Shown in pieces: positions 15,982-29,541 of a DNA stretch of 64,000 bases. The DNA is taken from assembly GCA_964016885.1 (NCBI GenBank), contig OZ024743.1:228160001-228224000 (forward strand), written 5' to 3'. Positions within the stretch are counted from its first letter, which is position 1; the number at the start of each line of letters is the position of its first letter. This DNA comes from Eledone cirrhosa. Lineage: Eukaryota. Both the position numbers and the translations under genes were made by a program. A model generated the notes under the pieces. It did not search any database. It was not told where the DNA came from and saw nothing but the letters and a program-made list of their open reading frames with translations.

Positions 15982-16490
15982 TGTGTGTATATATATATAT
16001 AGAGAGAGAGAGAGGGGGAGAGGGGGAGATAGAGATAGAGAGGGAGAGGAGGGAGTGAGAGAGAGAGAGACCGGTTGGAGTGTGTGATATGTTGCTGTGG
16101 TTTGATAATGTTGTAGATGTATGTAGACTATTGTTGCAAATAAAAGTTTTGAGAAATAGAGGAGGAGCAGATTCAATGACATGCGCAGAAAAGTGTTAGG
16201 GGAAATAAGTTGGCCCGTGTATAATTAAACGGAGTAGTGTGAGAAGCGGTGGTAACGTCGTCTACATCGTGTTTGAAATGAGTAGAGTATCTGTAGTGTG
16301 TTTGTGTGTATCGAGAAAGATGTTGATAGATAGGTAGATTGACTGACAGACAGATAGATAGTGTGTTTGTGTTTGTGTTTGTGTGTATATCGAGAGAACG
16401 AGAGCAAAACTGAGATAAATAGATTTATAGAGACATAGATAGATAGCGTGTGTGAGTGTATCGGGAGAAAGAGAGAGGTGGAGCTAGATA

Positions 16491-16750
16491 TCTTTCTTTA
16501 TTTGCCACTGGGGCATTCAAAAATGGGACATTACAAGACGTGACTGCGGGGGTTTTACATAAAAAAATCATATAACTTTAACATTAATAAATAACAATAA
16601 ACTATATATAATAAAATAACAATTGAAATCCCCAATAGGGGGGGGGGGACGTTACTGCAGGGTTGTTTTACACCCCGTGGATAGAACAACCCTCAACACC
16701 AGGAACACGTTTTGTAGATGTTCCCATTTTCCCTCTGTTTATCTTCCTCA
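16491..16750 (-). mobile_element. LINE 3'-end fragment (L1/Tx1-like, AATAAAGAAAGA terminus)
   Basis: TCTTTCTTTATTTGCCAC...GAAATCCCCAATAGGG...GGGTTGTTTTACACCCC; a similar copy at 57328-57490; both sit in GATA-rich repeats. Clade assignment tentative. Confidence 0.45.
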
Positions 16751-17330
16751 ACCTACAGGTTTATATACAGAGAAGGCCCATTCACGAGATAGATAGGTCG
16801 ATAGATAGATTATGTGTGTTTGTATCGATAGATAGATTGAGAGTGTGTCTGTATCAAGAGATAGATAAATAGACTGTGTGTGTGAGATAGAGATTGAATG
16901 ACAGATCACTATCTGTCTATCTCACACACACACACACACACAGAGAGAGTCTATTTATCTATTTATCTGTTGTTGGCGTGAGTCGTATACGAGCCATGCT
17001 GTGATATAAGTCTCTCCAGCCGTGACTCTTACACCTCATCTGATTCATTTTTAAAACGGTAGCGTGGGATTTGGTTGTCATTTTTAGCGAGCCGGTCAAC
17101 CATATACCGATTCTATTGTTGACTAAACATCGTGTTGGATCTCCGACGTTTTTAGCGATGACTATTCCAGTTGATCGATCACCGGAAAAGCCTGCTTGTG
17201 AACTTAGTTTGCAAGTGGCTGAGCATTCAACACACGTGTATCTTTAATTTAATTCTCAGAAAGATTCAATATGACAGTGTGTGAAAATAGATATTTACTT
17301 ACAAACATAAACTCACACAAACGCACACAT

Positions 17331-17405
<75 letters not shown>

Positions 17406-17935
17406 TATATATATATAGCTGTGTATTAATGCGTGTGTGAAAGTGTGTCTGTTTATAGATCGAATGAAACGTCAATTGTAAAAACCCATTCATAAATTAC
17501 TGATGAAAAAATTATGAATGAATGATTATCATGTAGAGGTGTGAGTGTCTCACAGTAGTCGTATCTGGAAACGTAAAGGTGCCTCACACTCGCACATATA
17601 TACAAACATACACACTCACAGGCACAAGTTTATTGTTGTTTCTTCCACGCCTTATTCTCTCTTCTGTTCCTTTCTTCACCCACATTATTAGGGATGCCCT
17701 TTGCACTTCGTTTCCGGAGCACTCACTCACCTGGAGTAGGTAGGTAGGTAGCTCACCTGAGTTTTGTTAGTGTAATTGATGGCAGTTGGATGACTGGGTG
17801 GGTGGGTGTTTGTGAGTCAAAACGAACTGAAAAATATATAATAAGCGAGCATGGCTTCTGCTCAAGTTGTTCGCTTCTGAACCACGTGGTTCTGGGTTCA
17901 GTCTCGTTGTGCGACACTATCGAAATTTGCAGAAG

Positions 17936-17984
<49 letters not shown>

Positions 17985-18029
17985 ATTTATGTATATAGCC
18001 GGTCGATATGGAAATGTATAAGTCTGTGC

Positions 18030-18076
<47 letters not shown>

Positions 18077-18123
18077 CTAATACTTAGGCATCTCAATGAA
18101 AGGATACACACACACACACACAC

Positions 18124-19506
<1,383 letters not shown>

Positions 19507-22500
19507 CATCTATCTAAGGCGGGTAAAATTCCCGAGATCCATGGACGAGTTCTCTCCAGCGGTCTCTGTCCCTCATTATCGCTGCCATGTCCTGCGTCTC
19601 CAACAGACCAGTGTCTGTCCTTAGGGCATCAACATATGTTAACCTTGGTCTTCCTCTTCCAGTGTGTCCATGTAGGGGCTCCCAAAGGAGCACGGAGTGC
19701 AATGTCAACTCTGGATGTCGGTGAGCATGTCCAGCCAACCTCAGTCTCCTCTGTGTCACTTTTGAGCTGACTTTTGGGAGGCTCCCATACAGCTCTGAGT
19801 TTTTCATCCTCAGTGTATACTGATTAATGTTCAGAGCCATCCTCAGCATTCTCGTGTAGCACCCATCCACCATCTGAGTGAGTCTCTTGGTCAGTGTCCA
19901 AGTCTCAGACCCATACAGCAGCACAGACTCCACTACAGCAATGAAGAGGCGGATTTTCAGGTCTCTACGAAGGTCCGACTTCCACACCGATCTCAAGCTG
20001 TGGCACGCTGCCCAGGCCTTGCTCTTCCTCTCAACCACATCATCTTCCGTATTCCCAATCTTTGCTCCCAAATACAGGAAGTCCTCAACCAATTCCAGCG
20101 GCTTCCCGCCTACATTAGTGATCCCCTCTGGCTTCTCAACATTCTCTACCAGATATTTTGTTTTAGTCTCATTCATTCTCAGCCCCACACTCATCGACAC
20201 AGTCTCAACCTCCCGCATCAAATCCTCTGCCTCCTTCACTGTATTTGTCACCAAAACTATGTCGTCGGCAAATTCAGCATCCGATACCTTTTTCGCCCCA
20301 ACTCTCCTGCTCTGAGCCGGTGCTACAGTAAAGCCAGAGTCCTGGTGTTTCTCCAGTGCAAGGCGCATACAATAGTCCACTACGATGATAAAAAGGTAGG
20401 GAGCCAATGTATCTCCCTGGAGCACTCCAGCCAGTATCTCAAAGAACTCTGTCATCCCATCAGGTGTAATGACTTGGGCTTTGGTGTTGGTGTAGAGCAG
20501 TGATATCAGGTCCACTATCCTCTTGGGGATTCCATAAGCCTGTAAGATCTTCATCAGGCAGTAACGGTCCACAGAATCAAAGGCCTTCCTAAAGTCAATG
20601 AAAACCATGACCGCAGGAAGGCACTTTGCTCTAGCTCCCTCTAATATCCTCCTCAGCATCAGGATGTGACTGGTGGTTGATCTACCCTCTCTGAAGCCGT
20701 TCTGGTTGTCCCTGAGCTTCTTCTCCATCTCAGGCTGGATCCTGTTAAGAATCATCCTGTTGAGGGTCTTTGCCACAAGTGACGTCAGTGAGATCCCCCG
20801 GTAGTTGTTGGTGTTAGAGAGATCTCCCTTCTTTGGCACTGGGACGATGTTACTGATCCTCCACTGATTCGGGGCAACTCCCTTCTCCAGTGCCCCGTTA
20901 CAGAACCCCAGGATGATATCATCAAAATCACACCACTTCATCACCTCTGATGCTACTCCATCTTCTCCATGAGCCTTGCCCTCCTTGATCTTCTTCTTGG
21001 CTCTCTGAAGCTCCTCTCTGGTGAAGGGCTCTGTCTCAACATCCAGTTCCTCAAACAGCCGCCTGATCTCCCCAGTGCTCTGGGCTGTGGAGGGTGGCTC
21101 TCCTAGTAGGGTCCTAAAATGGTCTAGCCATTTCCTCTTCCTATCCTCGGGCCCCGTTCCCTGGATCTGACTCGAACACCTTTTCTTCCTCCCTGTGATC
21201 TCGTTGATGATCATCCAGCTCTCCTTACATCCAGATCTGTCAACCGCTCTCTCCACACTTCTGATCTTCTCTATCAGTGCCTCCTCTCTGACCTCAGTGT
21301 AAGCGGTACAGAGCTCTTCCCTCATCACCTCCACAGTCTCCATCATCTCCTCCGTAGGATCAGCATAGAATTGGTCCCTGGCAGCTTTCAGGTGTTCTCT
21401 GGCTGCACACACTTTTGGGTCTGCAGAGCTGACGTGCTTCCCTTTGTTCTTTTTCCTCGGCACCAGGGTTTCACTTGCTTTCGCCACTGCATTGGTGAAG
21501 TGCCCGTACCTCCTCGTCACACTCTCCTCAGTCCATCCAATCTCTCTCTCCTCTGACTCTCCACACAGAGCACTAAACCTGTTTCTCACTTCCACTGTGA
21601 ACCTCTCCTGTAGCTTATCATCTTCCTTGAAAGCTCCCCAGTCATAGATTGTTCTCCGGGGCTGAGCCTTGCTCTTTCTTAAGCTCACGCGGACCTCACT
21701 CATAACAAGCCGGTGGTCACTACCCAGTGTACTGAAATAGCTGTATGGTTCCGTGTTCAGAACACTATTCCGCCACTTTTTCCTCACCAGAATGAAATCA
21801 ATCTGGGACTTGGACAGGTGCACATCTGAGATGTAGGTCCACATCTTCCCCAGATTCTTCCTAAACCTTAGGTTGGTCGCCATCAAGTTCGCCTCCAGCA
21901 GGGTGTCTCTCAGTAGTCTTCCATTTCGGTTGGTGTTGTTATGGAAGTACCAGCAAGGATCTTCACTGCCCTCCTTACTCAGATGTGCATTGAAGTCCCC
22001 CAAAACAAGCAGGATATTGTGTGCCTGAGTGGTGTTGACAGCTCTACACACTTCCTCATGGAACTCCTCGGCATTCACATCACTGTCCCCCTCGGTTGGA
22101 CTATAGGCTGAGATGACTGTCAGTCTTGGGTTTCCATTGAAGGTCACCCTCAACACTCGCGGGGAGATAGGCATTATTTCCCTCACCAACAGATTGGTTT
22201 TTGCACTGAACACAAAACCCACTCCTCCTACTGCAGCATTTGTTGTGTTCTTCACTGCCGATGTAGTGATGAGCTGGCTCTTCCTCCCGATCATCACACT
22301 CCTCACGGGCTCATCGTGTAGAATCCTGTGTTCTTGGATCGCAAGTATCTGTATACCACTCTCCTCGAACAGATGTCCCAACTCCTCTCTCTTCTCCAGC
22401 GTTCGAATAGTCCTCACATTCAAAGTGCCCATTTTGATGGCTCTTCTGCAGGACAAAACTACATTCTTTATATTTGTCTCAGAGACAGCTGATCCATCAT

Positions 22501-22822
22501 CCACTGGCCCTCTCTGTGGCTCTAAGCCAGCAGAGTCATAACGACCAGGCTGCTCCTTGACAGTGTAATTAGGGGCTCTAACCCTAGTGCTGTTAGATCG
22601 ACTCTCCATATTTCTTTTCAATGGCTGACAATACCTTACCGGCGCCACTCGAATAAGGTAGTTATTTAACCCATAAATGGAGCCCTAACAGGTACTACCA
22701 CCCCGGGCCAGGGCAGACCTGGGAGTCATGACAACTAAGGGGTAACTCCATATTCCCCACATCTCCTGAACTCCCGAACTGGAGCCTTGCCACTGGATGT
22801 AGTTTAATGTCATACCCAAGAC
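19507..22822 (-). mobile_element. Apparently full-length RTE-clade non-LTR retrotransposon inserted in a (TA)n microsatellite
   Basis: ~175-215 nt 5' leader (starts GTCTTGGGTATGACATTAAAC), single APE-RT ORF, stop immediately followed by ATAGATG and TA repeats; TA tracts at both junctions. Confidence 0.92.
19514..22648 (-). CDS. RTE-type ORF: apurinic-like endonuclease + reverse transcriptase (first ATG at 22609, 1031 aa; ORF track starts at a GTG)
   Basis: APE motifs [42 protein letters not shown]; RT motifs [65 protein letters not shown]; RTE C-terminus [29 protein letters not shown]. No stops or frameshifts. Confidence 0.97.
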   Translation of the reverse strand: MAPVRYCQPLKRNMESRSNSTRVRAPNYTVKEQPGRYDSAGLEPQRGPVDDGSAVSETNIKNVVLSCRRAIKMGTLNVRTIRTLEKREELGHLFEESGIQILAIQEHRILHDEPVRSVMIGRKSQLITTSAVKNTTNAAVGGVGFVFSAKTNLLVREIMPISPRVLRVTFNGNPRLTVISAYSPTEGDSDVNAEEFHEEVCRAVNTTQAHNILLVLGDFNAHLSKEGSEDPCWYFHNNTNRNGRLLRDTLLEANLMATNLRFRKNLGKMWTYISDVHLSKSQIDFILVRKKWRNSVLNTEPYSYFSTLGSDHRLVMSEVRVSLRKSKAQPRRTIYDWGAFKEDDKLQERFTVEVRNRFSALCGESEEREIGWTEESVTRRYGHFTNAVAKASETLVPRKKNKGKHVSSADPKVCAAREHLKAARDQFYADPTEEMMETVEVMREELCTAYTEVREEALIEKIRSVERAVDRSGCKESWMIINEITGRKKRCSSQIQGTGPEDRKRKWLDHFRTLLGEPPSTAQSTGEIRRLFEELDVETEPFTREELQRAKKKIKEGKAHGEDGVASEVMKWCDFDDIILGFCNGALEKGVAPNQWRISNIVPVPKKGDLSNTNNYRGISLTSLVAKTLNRMILNRIQPEMEKKLRDNQNGFREGRSTTSHILMLRRILEGARAKCLPAVMVFIDFRKAFDSVDRYCLMKILQAYGIPKRIVDLISLLYTNTKAQVITPDGMTEFFEILAGVLQGDTLAPYLFIIVVDYCMRLALEKHQDSGFTVAPAQSRRVGAKKVSDAEFADDIVLVTNTVKEAEDLMREVETVSMSVGLRMNETKTKYLVENVEKPEGITNVGGKPLELVEDFLYLGAKIGNTEDDVVERKSKAWAACHSLRSVWKSDLRRDLKIRLFIAVVESVLLYGSETWTLTKRLTQMVDGCYTRMLRMALNINQYTLRMKNSELYGSLPKVSSKVTQRRLRLAGHAHRHPELTLHSVLLWEPLHGHTGRGRPRLTYVDALRTDTGLLETQDMAAIMRDRDRWRELVHGSREFYPP

Positions 22823-23558
<736 letters not shown>

Positions 23559-23579
23559 CTTACCTATCAACACATTTAA

Positions 23580-24150
23580 GACATATGGCTTAGTAGTTAA
23601 TTTGTACGTCTCATAATCGAAAAGATGTCAGTTCGATTCCTGGTCCGTACAACGCCACATTTGACCAACGCATTTCATTTCACCTCACTCCTGTAATTTT
23701 CAAAGGGCCAGTCTTGTAATAGACTGTTACGCTGAATCCCCAGGAGAACCGCGTAAAGGGCAAGGCCGGATTTAATAGAAAGGGGGCAAAGGGACCGATT
23801 GCCCAGGGCCTCCTGGAGCCTCGTACCAATTTATTTGTGCCCTCAGCTGGGCTTTATAGTTTCAGGACGGTTAAAATGTTTAGATTTAATACCTGTATGT
23901 ATAACTTGTTAATTCCAATTACTTGCGCCAAGCTAACTTTGATGTGTAAAATTGGCGGGTTTGCTGTATATCCCAATTTTTTGTGTATGAGGGGGCACCC
24001 CCTAAACCTGAAGTGACTCGGGTCTCCCAAGGTCTAAATCTAACCCTGGTTAAGGGTACACGTATCTGTGGCATTCTCAGCCACTTTGACGGTTTCATTG
24101 TTGAAACATCTGAAACACTGGTTGTCGTAACCGACAGGGTGACAACACAA
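23580..24150 (+). mobile_element. SINE family B split by a hAT-type MITE
   Basis: Head CATATGGCTTAGTAGTT...GTTCGATTCC; body resumes after 24048 with GTTAAGGGTACACGTATCTGTGG, colinear with other family-B copies. Confidence 0.7.
23761..24048. mobile_element. hAT-superfamily MITE
   Basis: TIRs CAAGGCCGGATTTA / TAAATCTAACCCTG; 8-bp TSD GTAAAGGG (23753-23760) / GTTAAGGG (24049-24056). Confidence 0.8.
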
Positions 24151-24437
24151 GTAAATGGATATATGTTTAATTGCCGAACAAACGCATAATCAATAACTAT
24201 ATATACATTATACTATATCCCGTCGAGGTTAACTTTTCCTTTCATCCTTACGAGGTCAATAAAATAAAGTACCAGTAATGTAGTGGATAATTGCTGACCT
24301 TGTGCCAAAAGTAGAAACAAATATTACAATATTTACACCAGTCTACAGAATTATGTATTACTCTATTGCGTGTTCCAGCTCATAGGTTGAGGTCATGCTG
24401 GGGTACCAGTATATGTACCGTAAGTTTACACATATAT

Positions 24438-25212
24438 GGAACATACATGGTGGGCCGGATACATACATACATACATACATACATATACATACATACAAAT
24501 ACATACATTCATACACACACATACATTCATACATTCACACATACATACATGTGTGCATTCACATACATACACACATACACATACATACAGACACATACAA
24601 TCATACACATACACACACACATACATACGCACACACATTCATACACACACACACACATATACATACATACAGACAGACAGACAGACTTGGATGTGTCTAG
24701 GCGGACAGATAAACGACATACATGCATACTAATAAGACCACGGGGTCTGAATATGGCGAGTGGGGAAACCGAGACTATCCCAGTAATTTCAAAACCGAAA
24801 CGCCCTTTACAGAAAAGCAAATGTCTATTTGCTTTTCATCATCCAAAAACCTGTAAAGGGCGTTTCGGTTTTGAAATTACTGGGATAGTCTCGGTTTCCC
24901 CACTCGCCATATTCAGACCCCGTGGTCTTATTAGTATGGATGTATGTATGTCGTTTATCTGTCCGCCTAGATACATCCAAGTCTGTCTGTCTGTCTGTAT
25001 GTATGTATGTATATGTGTGTGTGTATGTATGTATGTGTGTGTATGTGTCTGTGTGTATATGTATGTATGTGAATGCACACATGTATGTATGTGTGAATGT
25101 ATTATGTATTTGAATGTATGTGTGTGTATGAATGTATGTATTTGTATGTATGTATGTATGTATGTATGTATGTATGTATGTATGTATGTATCCGGCCCAC
25201 CATGTATGTTCC
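24438..25212. repeat. ~775-bp fold-back inverted repeat (arms 24438-24812 and 24851-25212)
   Basis: GGAACATACATGGTGGGCCGGATAC...CGCCCTTTACAG mirrored by CTGTAAAGGGCG...GTATCCGGCCCACCATGTATGTTCC; inner ~90 bp near-perfect; spacer contains its own hairpin GAAAAGCAAAT-GTCT-ATTTGCTTTTC. Confidence 0.93.
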
Positions 25213-25463
25213 TTTGCGCACATATATTCAGGAAGGTCCCACGTGTACACGTGTATATGTAGAAAGAAGTTAATTAGAACGGGGAAAACGATACCAGGTG
25301 CAACGCTAGAGATATCGAGTATTTACGGCGTGTATGTGTGTGTGTGTGAGCGTCCCCTATAGTTTGAAAACACTACAATATATTTGTGAAAGGGGTGTCT
25401 AGAAACTACTGTCTGGGTCTAGGTAAGATTTACAATGTAAAGATGATGTGAGATCTTTCAGAA

Positions 25464-25512
<49 letters not shown>

Positions 25513-25560
25513 AAACCACTGGTAAATGAAATAAATACCTTATGTTGTTTATTACATAAC

Positions 25561-25595
<35 letters not shown>

Positions 25596-25742
25596 TTGTG
25601 TATATGCATATGAATGTATATGTGCATGCATGCGTGTTTCTTTGTGTGTATAGAGTGACATACTATATAATTTATAGTGTGCCTGTATATATTATGAATG
25701 TGCAGGAGAGAGGGGTTATAGAAACTAACATCCAGGTTCAAG

Positions 25743-25792
<50 letters not shown>

Positions 25793-25973
25793 AGGCCGGT
25801 TTTTCTGCTAGTAGTTAAGAAGTTTGTTTTGTAAACAATTAGTTCTGTTCTGGGCCTTATCCCGCTGCGTGTCACCTTTGGCAAGTATCTTCTACTATAG
25901 CCTTCAGTTGACTAATACCTAGTGAGCGGAATTTAAGTAAACGGAAACTGCAGAAGCCTGCCACATATATATA

Positions 25974-26141
25974 CCGTATTTCCCGCCGCCGAAGACGCTT
26001 CGTACTCGAGGAAGCACCCTCATTTTGACAAAAAAATAAAATAAAAAAAAAAATAATAAACAATTTCGGCTTCCAGGACGCATGGTAGATTGTTTAGACT
26101 TATTTTAGGAAATAAATAGCGTCTTCGACGCCGGGAAATAC

Positions 26142-26143
<2 letters not shown>
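25974..26143. mobile_element. Tc2/pogo-like MITE
   Basis: 26-bp TIRs CCGTATTTCCCGCCGCCGAAGACGCT / AGCGTCTTCGACGCCGGGAAATACGG (2 mismatches), TA on both sides. Confidence 0.85.
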
Positions 26144-26177
<34 letters not shown>

Positions 26178-26296
26178 GTATTTCCCATATATATATATGA
26201 TGGCAACTTCTTTTTCCGTCTTTAAGGGTCTTCGAACTATTTTTACATAAACTTTATCACATCAGTGCTTCGTAATAAAAAGGTTCGTGATATCGG

Positions 26297-26330
<34 letters not shown>

Positions 26331-26642
26331 ATATATATATATATATGTGTGTATGTGTGTGTGTGTGCGCGCGCACGTAAGTTAGTATGTGGGTGCCCGT
26401 GTACTCTTTTCTCTCAGCCGTCCACTACATACGGACACAAATGGCTTCGACAGGACTAGTGTCTTTCGTATGAAATCTCTCTCTCTATATATATATATGT
26501 GTGTGTGTGTGTGTGAGTGTGCATTTGTGAAAGAAGGGAAAAGCGTACATAGGCGTATGTGTGCGTGTGTCTGTATATACATGTATGTAGAGACTGGATG
26601 TGACAACGAAATAGAACGTATCTATGTGTGTGTAAGCTCATG

Positions 26643-26707
<65 letters not shown>

Positions 26708-26949
26708 AATCTGAGAGAGAGTATATGTGTGTGTGTGTCGAGCGTGTATGTATGTGGTTGTGCAAAACTAAAGAAGTTAGGGATCAGCCTCAGACTTTTT
26801 CTCTCCATCTCTACCCCCCCCCCTCCTTTTCACTTTAATTAAACCGATGTTCATCAATAATTTATGAGTGTTGCCCGTTGTTTTCATTAAAGGAATGTCT
26901 CGTAATGTTTATTAGAACTGACTGCACGTTCATTGTCACCACAACCACC

Positions 26950-27160
26950 ACTATTATCATCACCGCCTCAACCACCACAAATACCCCACCGCCGTCCCCA
27001 CCACCACTTACACCACATGTACTACAACACTACTATTATCATCACCGCCTCAACCACCACAAATACCCCACCGCCGTCCCCACCACCACTTACACCACAT
27101 ATACTACAACACTACTATTATCCTCACCGCCTCAACCACCATAAATACACCACCACCGTT
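26950..27160 (+). repeat. ~81-bp C/A-rich tandem repeat, ~2.5 copies
   Basis: ACTATTATCATCACCGCCTCAACCACCACAAATACCCCACCGCCGTCCCCACCACCACTTACACCACAT repeated. Confidence 0.8.
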
Positions 27161-27442
27161 ACCCTTACCATCCCTGCCACCACAAATACACTACCACTGT
27201 TACCCTCACCATCCCTGCCACCACTTACAGCACATGTACAACAACACCACACCTAGCGCCACTGCCGCCACCACCATCACCACCACCATCATCACAACTC
27301 TACTATAATAACCTCCCGCAACCTTATCAGCTCCACCAATTACCATCACCACCACCACCACCACCACCACCACCACCACTACCACTACCACCACCATCAA
27401 CAACAACAGCAACACTAGACTACTACTACCACCACAAACATC

Positions 27443-27778
27443 ATAATTGTTTCTACTTTAGACACAAGGCCAGCAATTACCAGTACATTACTGGTACTTT
27501 ATTTTATCGACTCCGTAAGGATGAAAGGCAAAGTTAACCTCGGCGGGATTATCACCATAATGGTTTCTGATTTATGCACAAAGCCAGCCATTTTTAAGGG
27601 GTAGAGGAAAGGCGATTAAATCGACCCCAGCGCGTTACTGATATTTTATTTTATCGACCCTAAGGATCAAAGGCAAAGTTAACCTCGGCGGGATTTGAAC
27701 TCAGAACGTAAAGGGGCGTGACTATGCCGCTAAGCATGTTGTCCGACGCTCTACCAACTCTGCCAATGCACCGCTCTC
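27443..27778 (-). mobile_element. Two tandem SINE family A copies
   Basis: Reverse-complement of family A core (GGATGAAAGGCAAAGTTAACCTCGGCGGGATTTGAACTC) twice; second copy has full tRNA-like head. Confidence 0.8.
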
Positions 27779-28040
27779 ATCATCACAATGGAGGATAGCA
27801 GAGGGTGAAGGTAGCGGTGAGTAGAATACGGAGCAGTAAATAAACTGTCTGATAACAGAGCTGCTCCAGCTGGGCCAGACTTGCAAAAGTTTTATTTAAC
27901 TAAATAACGCGCACACACACACAGAGTTATGAAAGTCCCCCAAAGTATTCCGTTTAAATCAAAAGATATGCACTTTTGCAGGTACGTGTGGGTGTAGATG
28001 TTTACGTGTGGGTGTAGATGTTTACATGTAGCTATATGTA

Positions 28041-28085
<45 letters not shown>

Positions 28086-28138
28086 TATTGTACTTCAGGA
28101 GTACAAAAATAGAGATAGGATCACAAAGGATACACACG

Positions 28139-28226
<88 letters not shown>

Positions 28227-28236
28227 CGCGCGGTGC

Positions 28237-28268
<32 letters not shown>

Positions 28269-28269
<1 letters not shown>

Positions 28270-28456
28270 ACGAAGGAATTGTGGTAAGGAACCAGATGGA
28301 CCATAACGCACCAGAGTACTCAATACTTAGTGTAGTAGAGTGGGTAATAGGAAAAAGTATGACCCCGACGACAGAGCTCAAGCCGTTTCGACGGCTATTT
28401 CAGAAATAGCCGTCGAGACGGCTTGAGCTCTGCCGTCGGGTCATACTTTTTCCTAT
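28269..28456 (-). mobile_element. TA-embedded fold-back insertion (putative Penelope-like pLTR relic)
   Basis: 81-bp tail shared with 10389-10469, then ~55-bp inverted arms 28347-28401 / 28403-28456 containing nested AGCCGT-TTCG-ACGGCT hairpin and GTCGAAACGG on the minus strand. Confidence 0.55.
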
Positions 28457-28515
28457 ATATATATATATATTAAAATATAAGTATTAATAAAATAGATGTT
28501 CTTTTGATCAATTAC

Positions 28516-28568
28516 ATTTTATTATACATATTTCGGATGTACAACAGTACGTACTCATCAGACAAAAT
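28516..28568 (-). ncRNA. Minimal type-I hammerhead ribozyme-like motif (stem II partly degenerate)
   Basis: Minus strand AUUUUGU-CUGAUGA-GUACGUAC(UGUU)GUACAUCC-GAAA-UAUGUA-UA-AUAAAAU: 7-bp stem I, full core, self-complementary stem III (AUAUGUAU with GU pairs), two mismatches in stem II. Confidence 0.55.
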
Positions 28569-28876
28569 ATAATGATACATGACATAATCATCGAATATTG
28601 TTTAACAACTTAATACATATATATATAAGAAGAAGCGATATTTAATTTTTTGGAAATACAACAAATAAATATAAATGTTTATAGCTGATTCAGAGCACTC
28701 GACAAGATTCTGGAGTAAACTTGAACCGTTAATGTATATTATCCTTAGTCATGTCAAATATTTATAAAACATTTTGTATTTTATATGATGATAGCGTACT
28801 AAAATTGTGGTACCCTTGAAATATATATAATTGAATAAATATGGTTTTATAAATATAGTTTCCATTTATTTAATAT

Positions 28877-28929
<53 letters not shown>

Positions 28930-28947
28930 CATACATACATACATACA

Positions 28948-28978
<31 letters not shown>

Positions 28979-28997
28979 TGCTACATGTAAACATACA

Positions 28998-29219
28998 TAT
29001 AAGGATATATCCGTAGTGGTAGAGCACTCAGTCCATGGGACGAGTTAGGTAGAAGTGGTTACACAACAGTTAGTTCACCATACCGAGAACAATTGTTTCA
29101 CCTTAGCGGATCCTCAGCTCGTAATGGGCATGGTTATTCGTATAACCATGCCCATTACGACCTGAGGATCCGCTAAGGTGAAACAATTGTTCTCGGTATG
29201 GTGAACTATAAGGATATAT
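28998..29219 (-). mobile_element. Fold-back insertion with 13-bp TSD carrying a hammerhead-like motif (putative Penelope-like relic)
   Basis: Direct repeat TATAAGGATATAT at 28998-29010 and 29207-29219; tail with AGAGCACTC; 67-bp inverted arms 29071-29137 / 29142-29208 with a single mismatch. Confidence 0.7.
29084..29121 (-). ncRNA. Minimal type-I hammerhead ribozyme-like motif (dimer-type)
   Basis: CGAG-CUGAGGA-UCC(GCUAA)GGU-GAAA-CAAUUG-UU-CUCG: 4-bp stem I, core intact, palindromic stem III ACAAUUGU, GUU triplet; non-canonical U-U at 10.1/11.1. Mirror copy on + strand (29158-29195) has a C-C mismatch in stem I. Confidence 0.6.
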
Positions 29220-29254
29220 ATAATATATATATATATATAGACACACACACGCAC

Positions 29255-29302
<48 letters not shown>

Positions 29303-29389
29303 TATGTACACGTACATACATATATGTATACAGACGTACAGTAGTATGTATATATATATATACATATATGCACGTATGGATTCACCGAA

Positions 29390-29447
29390 CATTTATTATA
29401 ATGCTCGGTGTGTTTGTAAACAAACACACCGAGCATTATAATAAATG
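29390..29447. repeat. Perfect 27-bp-arm hairpin in TA-embedded insert
   Basis: CATTTATTATAATGCTCGGTGTGTTTG-TAAA-CAAACACACCGAGCATTATAATAAATG. Confidence 0.9.
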
Positions 29448-29468
29448 AAATTTCGTTTCATTTTTTCC

Positions 29469-29512
<44 letters not shown>

Positions 29513-29541
29513 GTGTGTATATATATATTTATCCTTTATGT

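Noticed and set aside
19878-22541. Plus-strand ORFs inside the RTE, and 52461-52844 inside Dong
   Set aside because: Antisense shadows of the real retrotransposon ORFs.
22649-22822. HDV-like ribozyme in the RTE 5' leader
   Set aside because: GAC-TCCCAG-GTC resembles P3/L3, but I could not find a P2 3' strand or a proper J4/2; a descriptor search would be needed.
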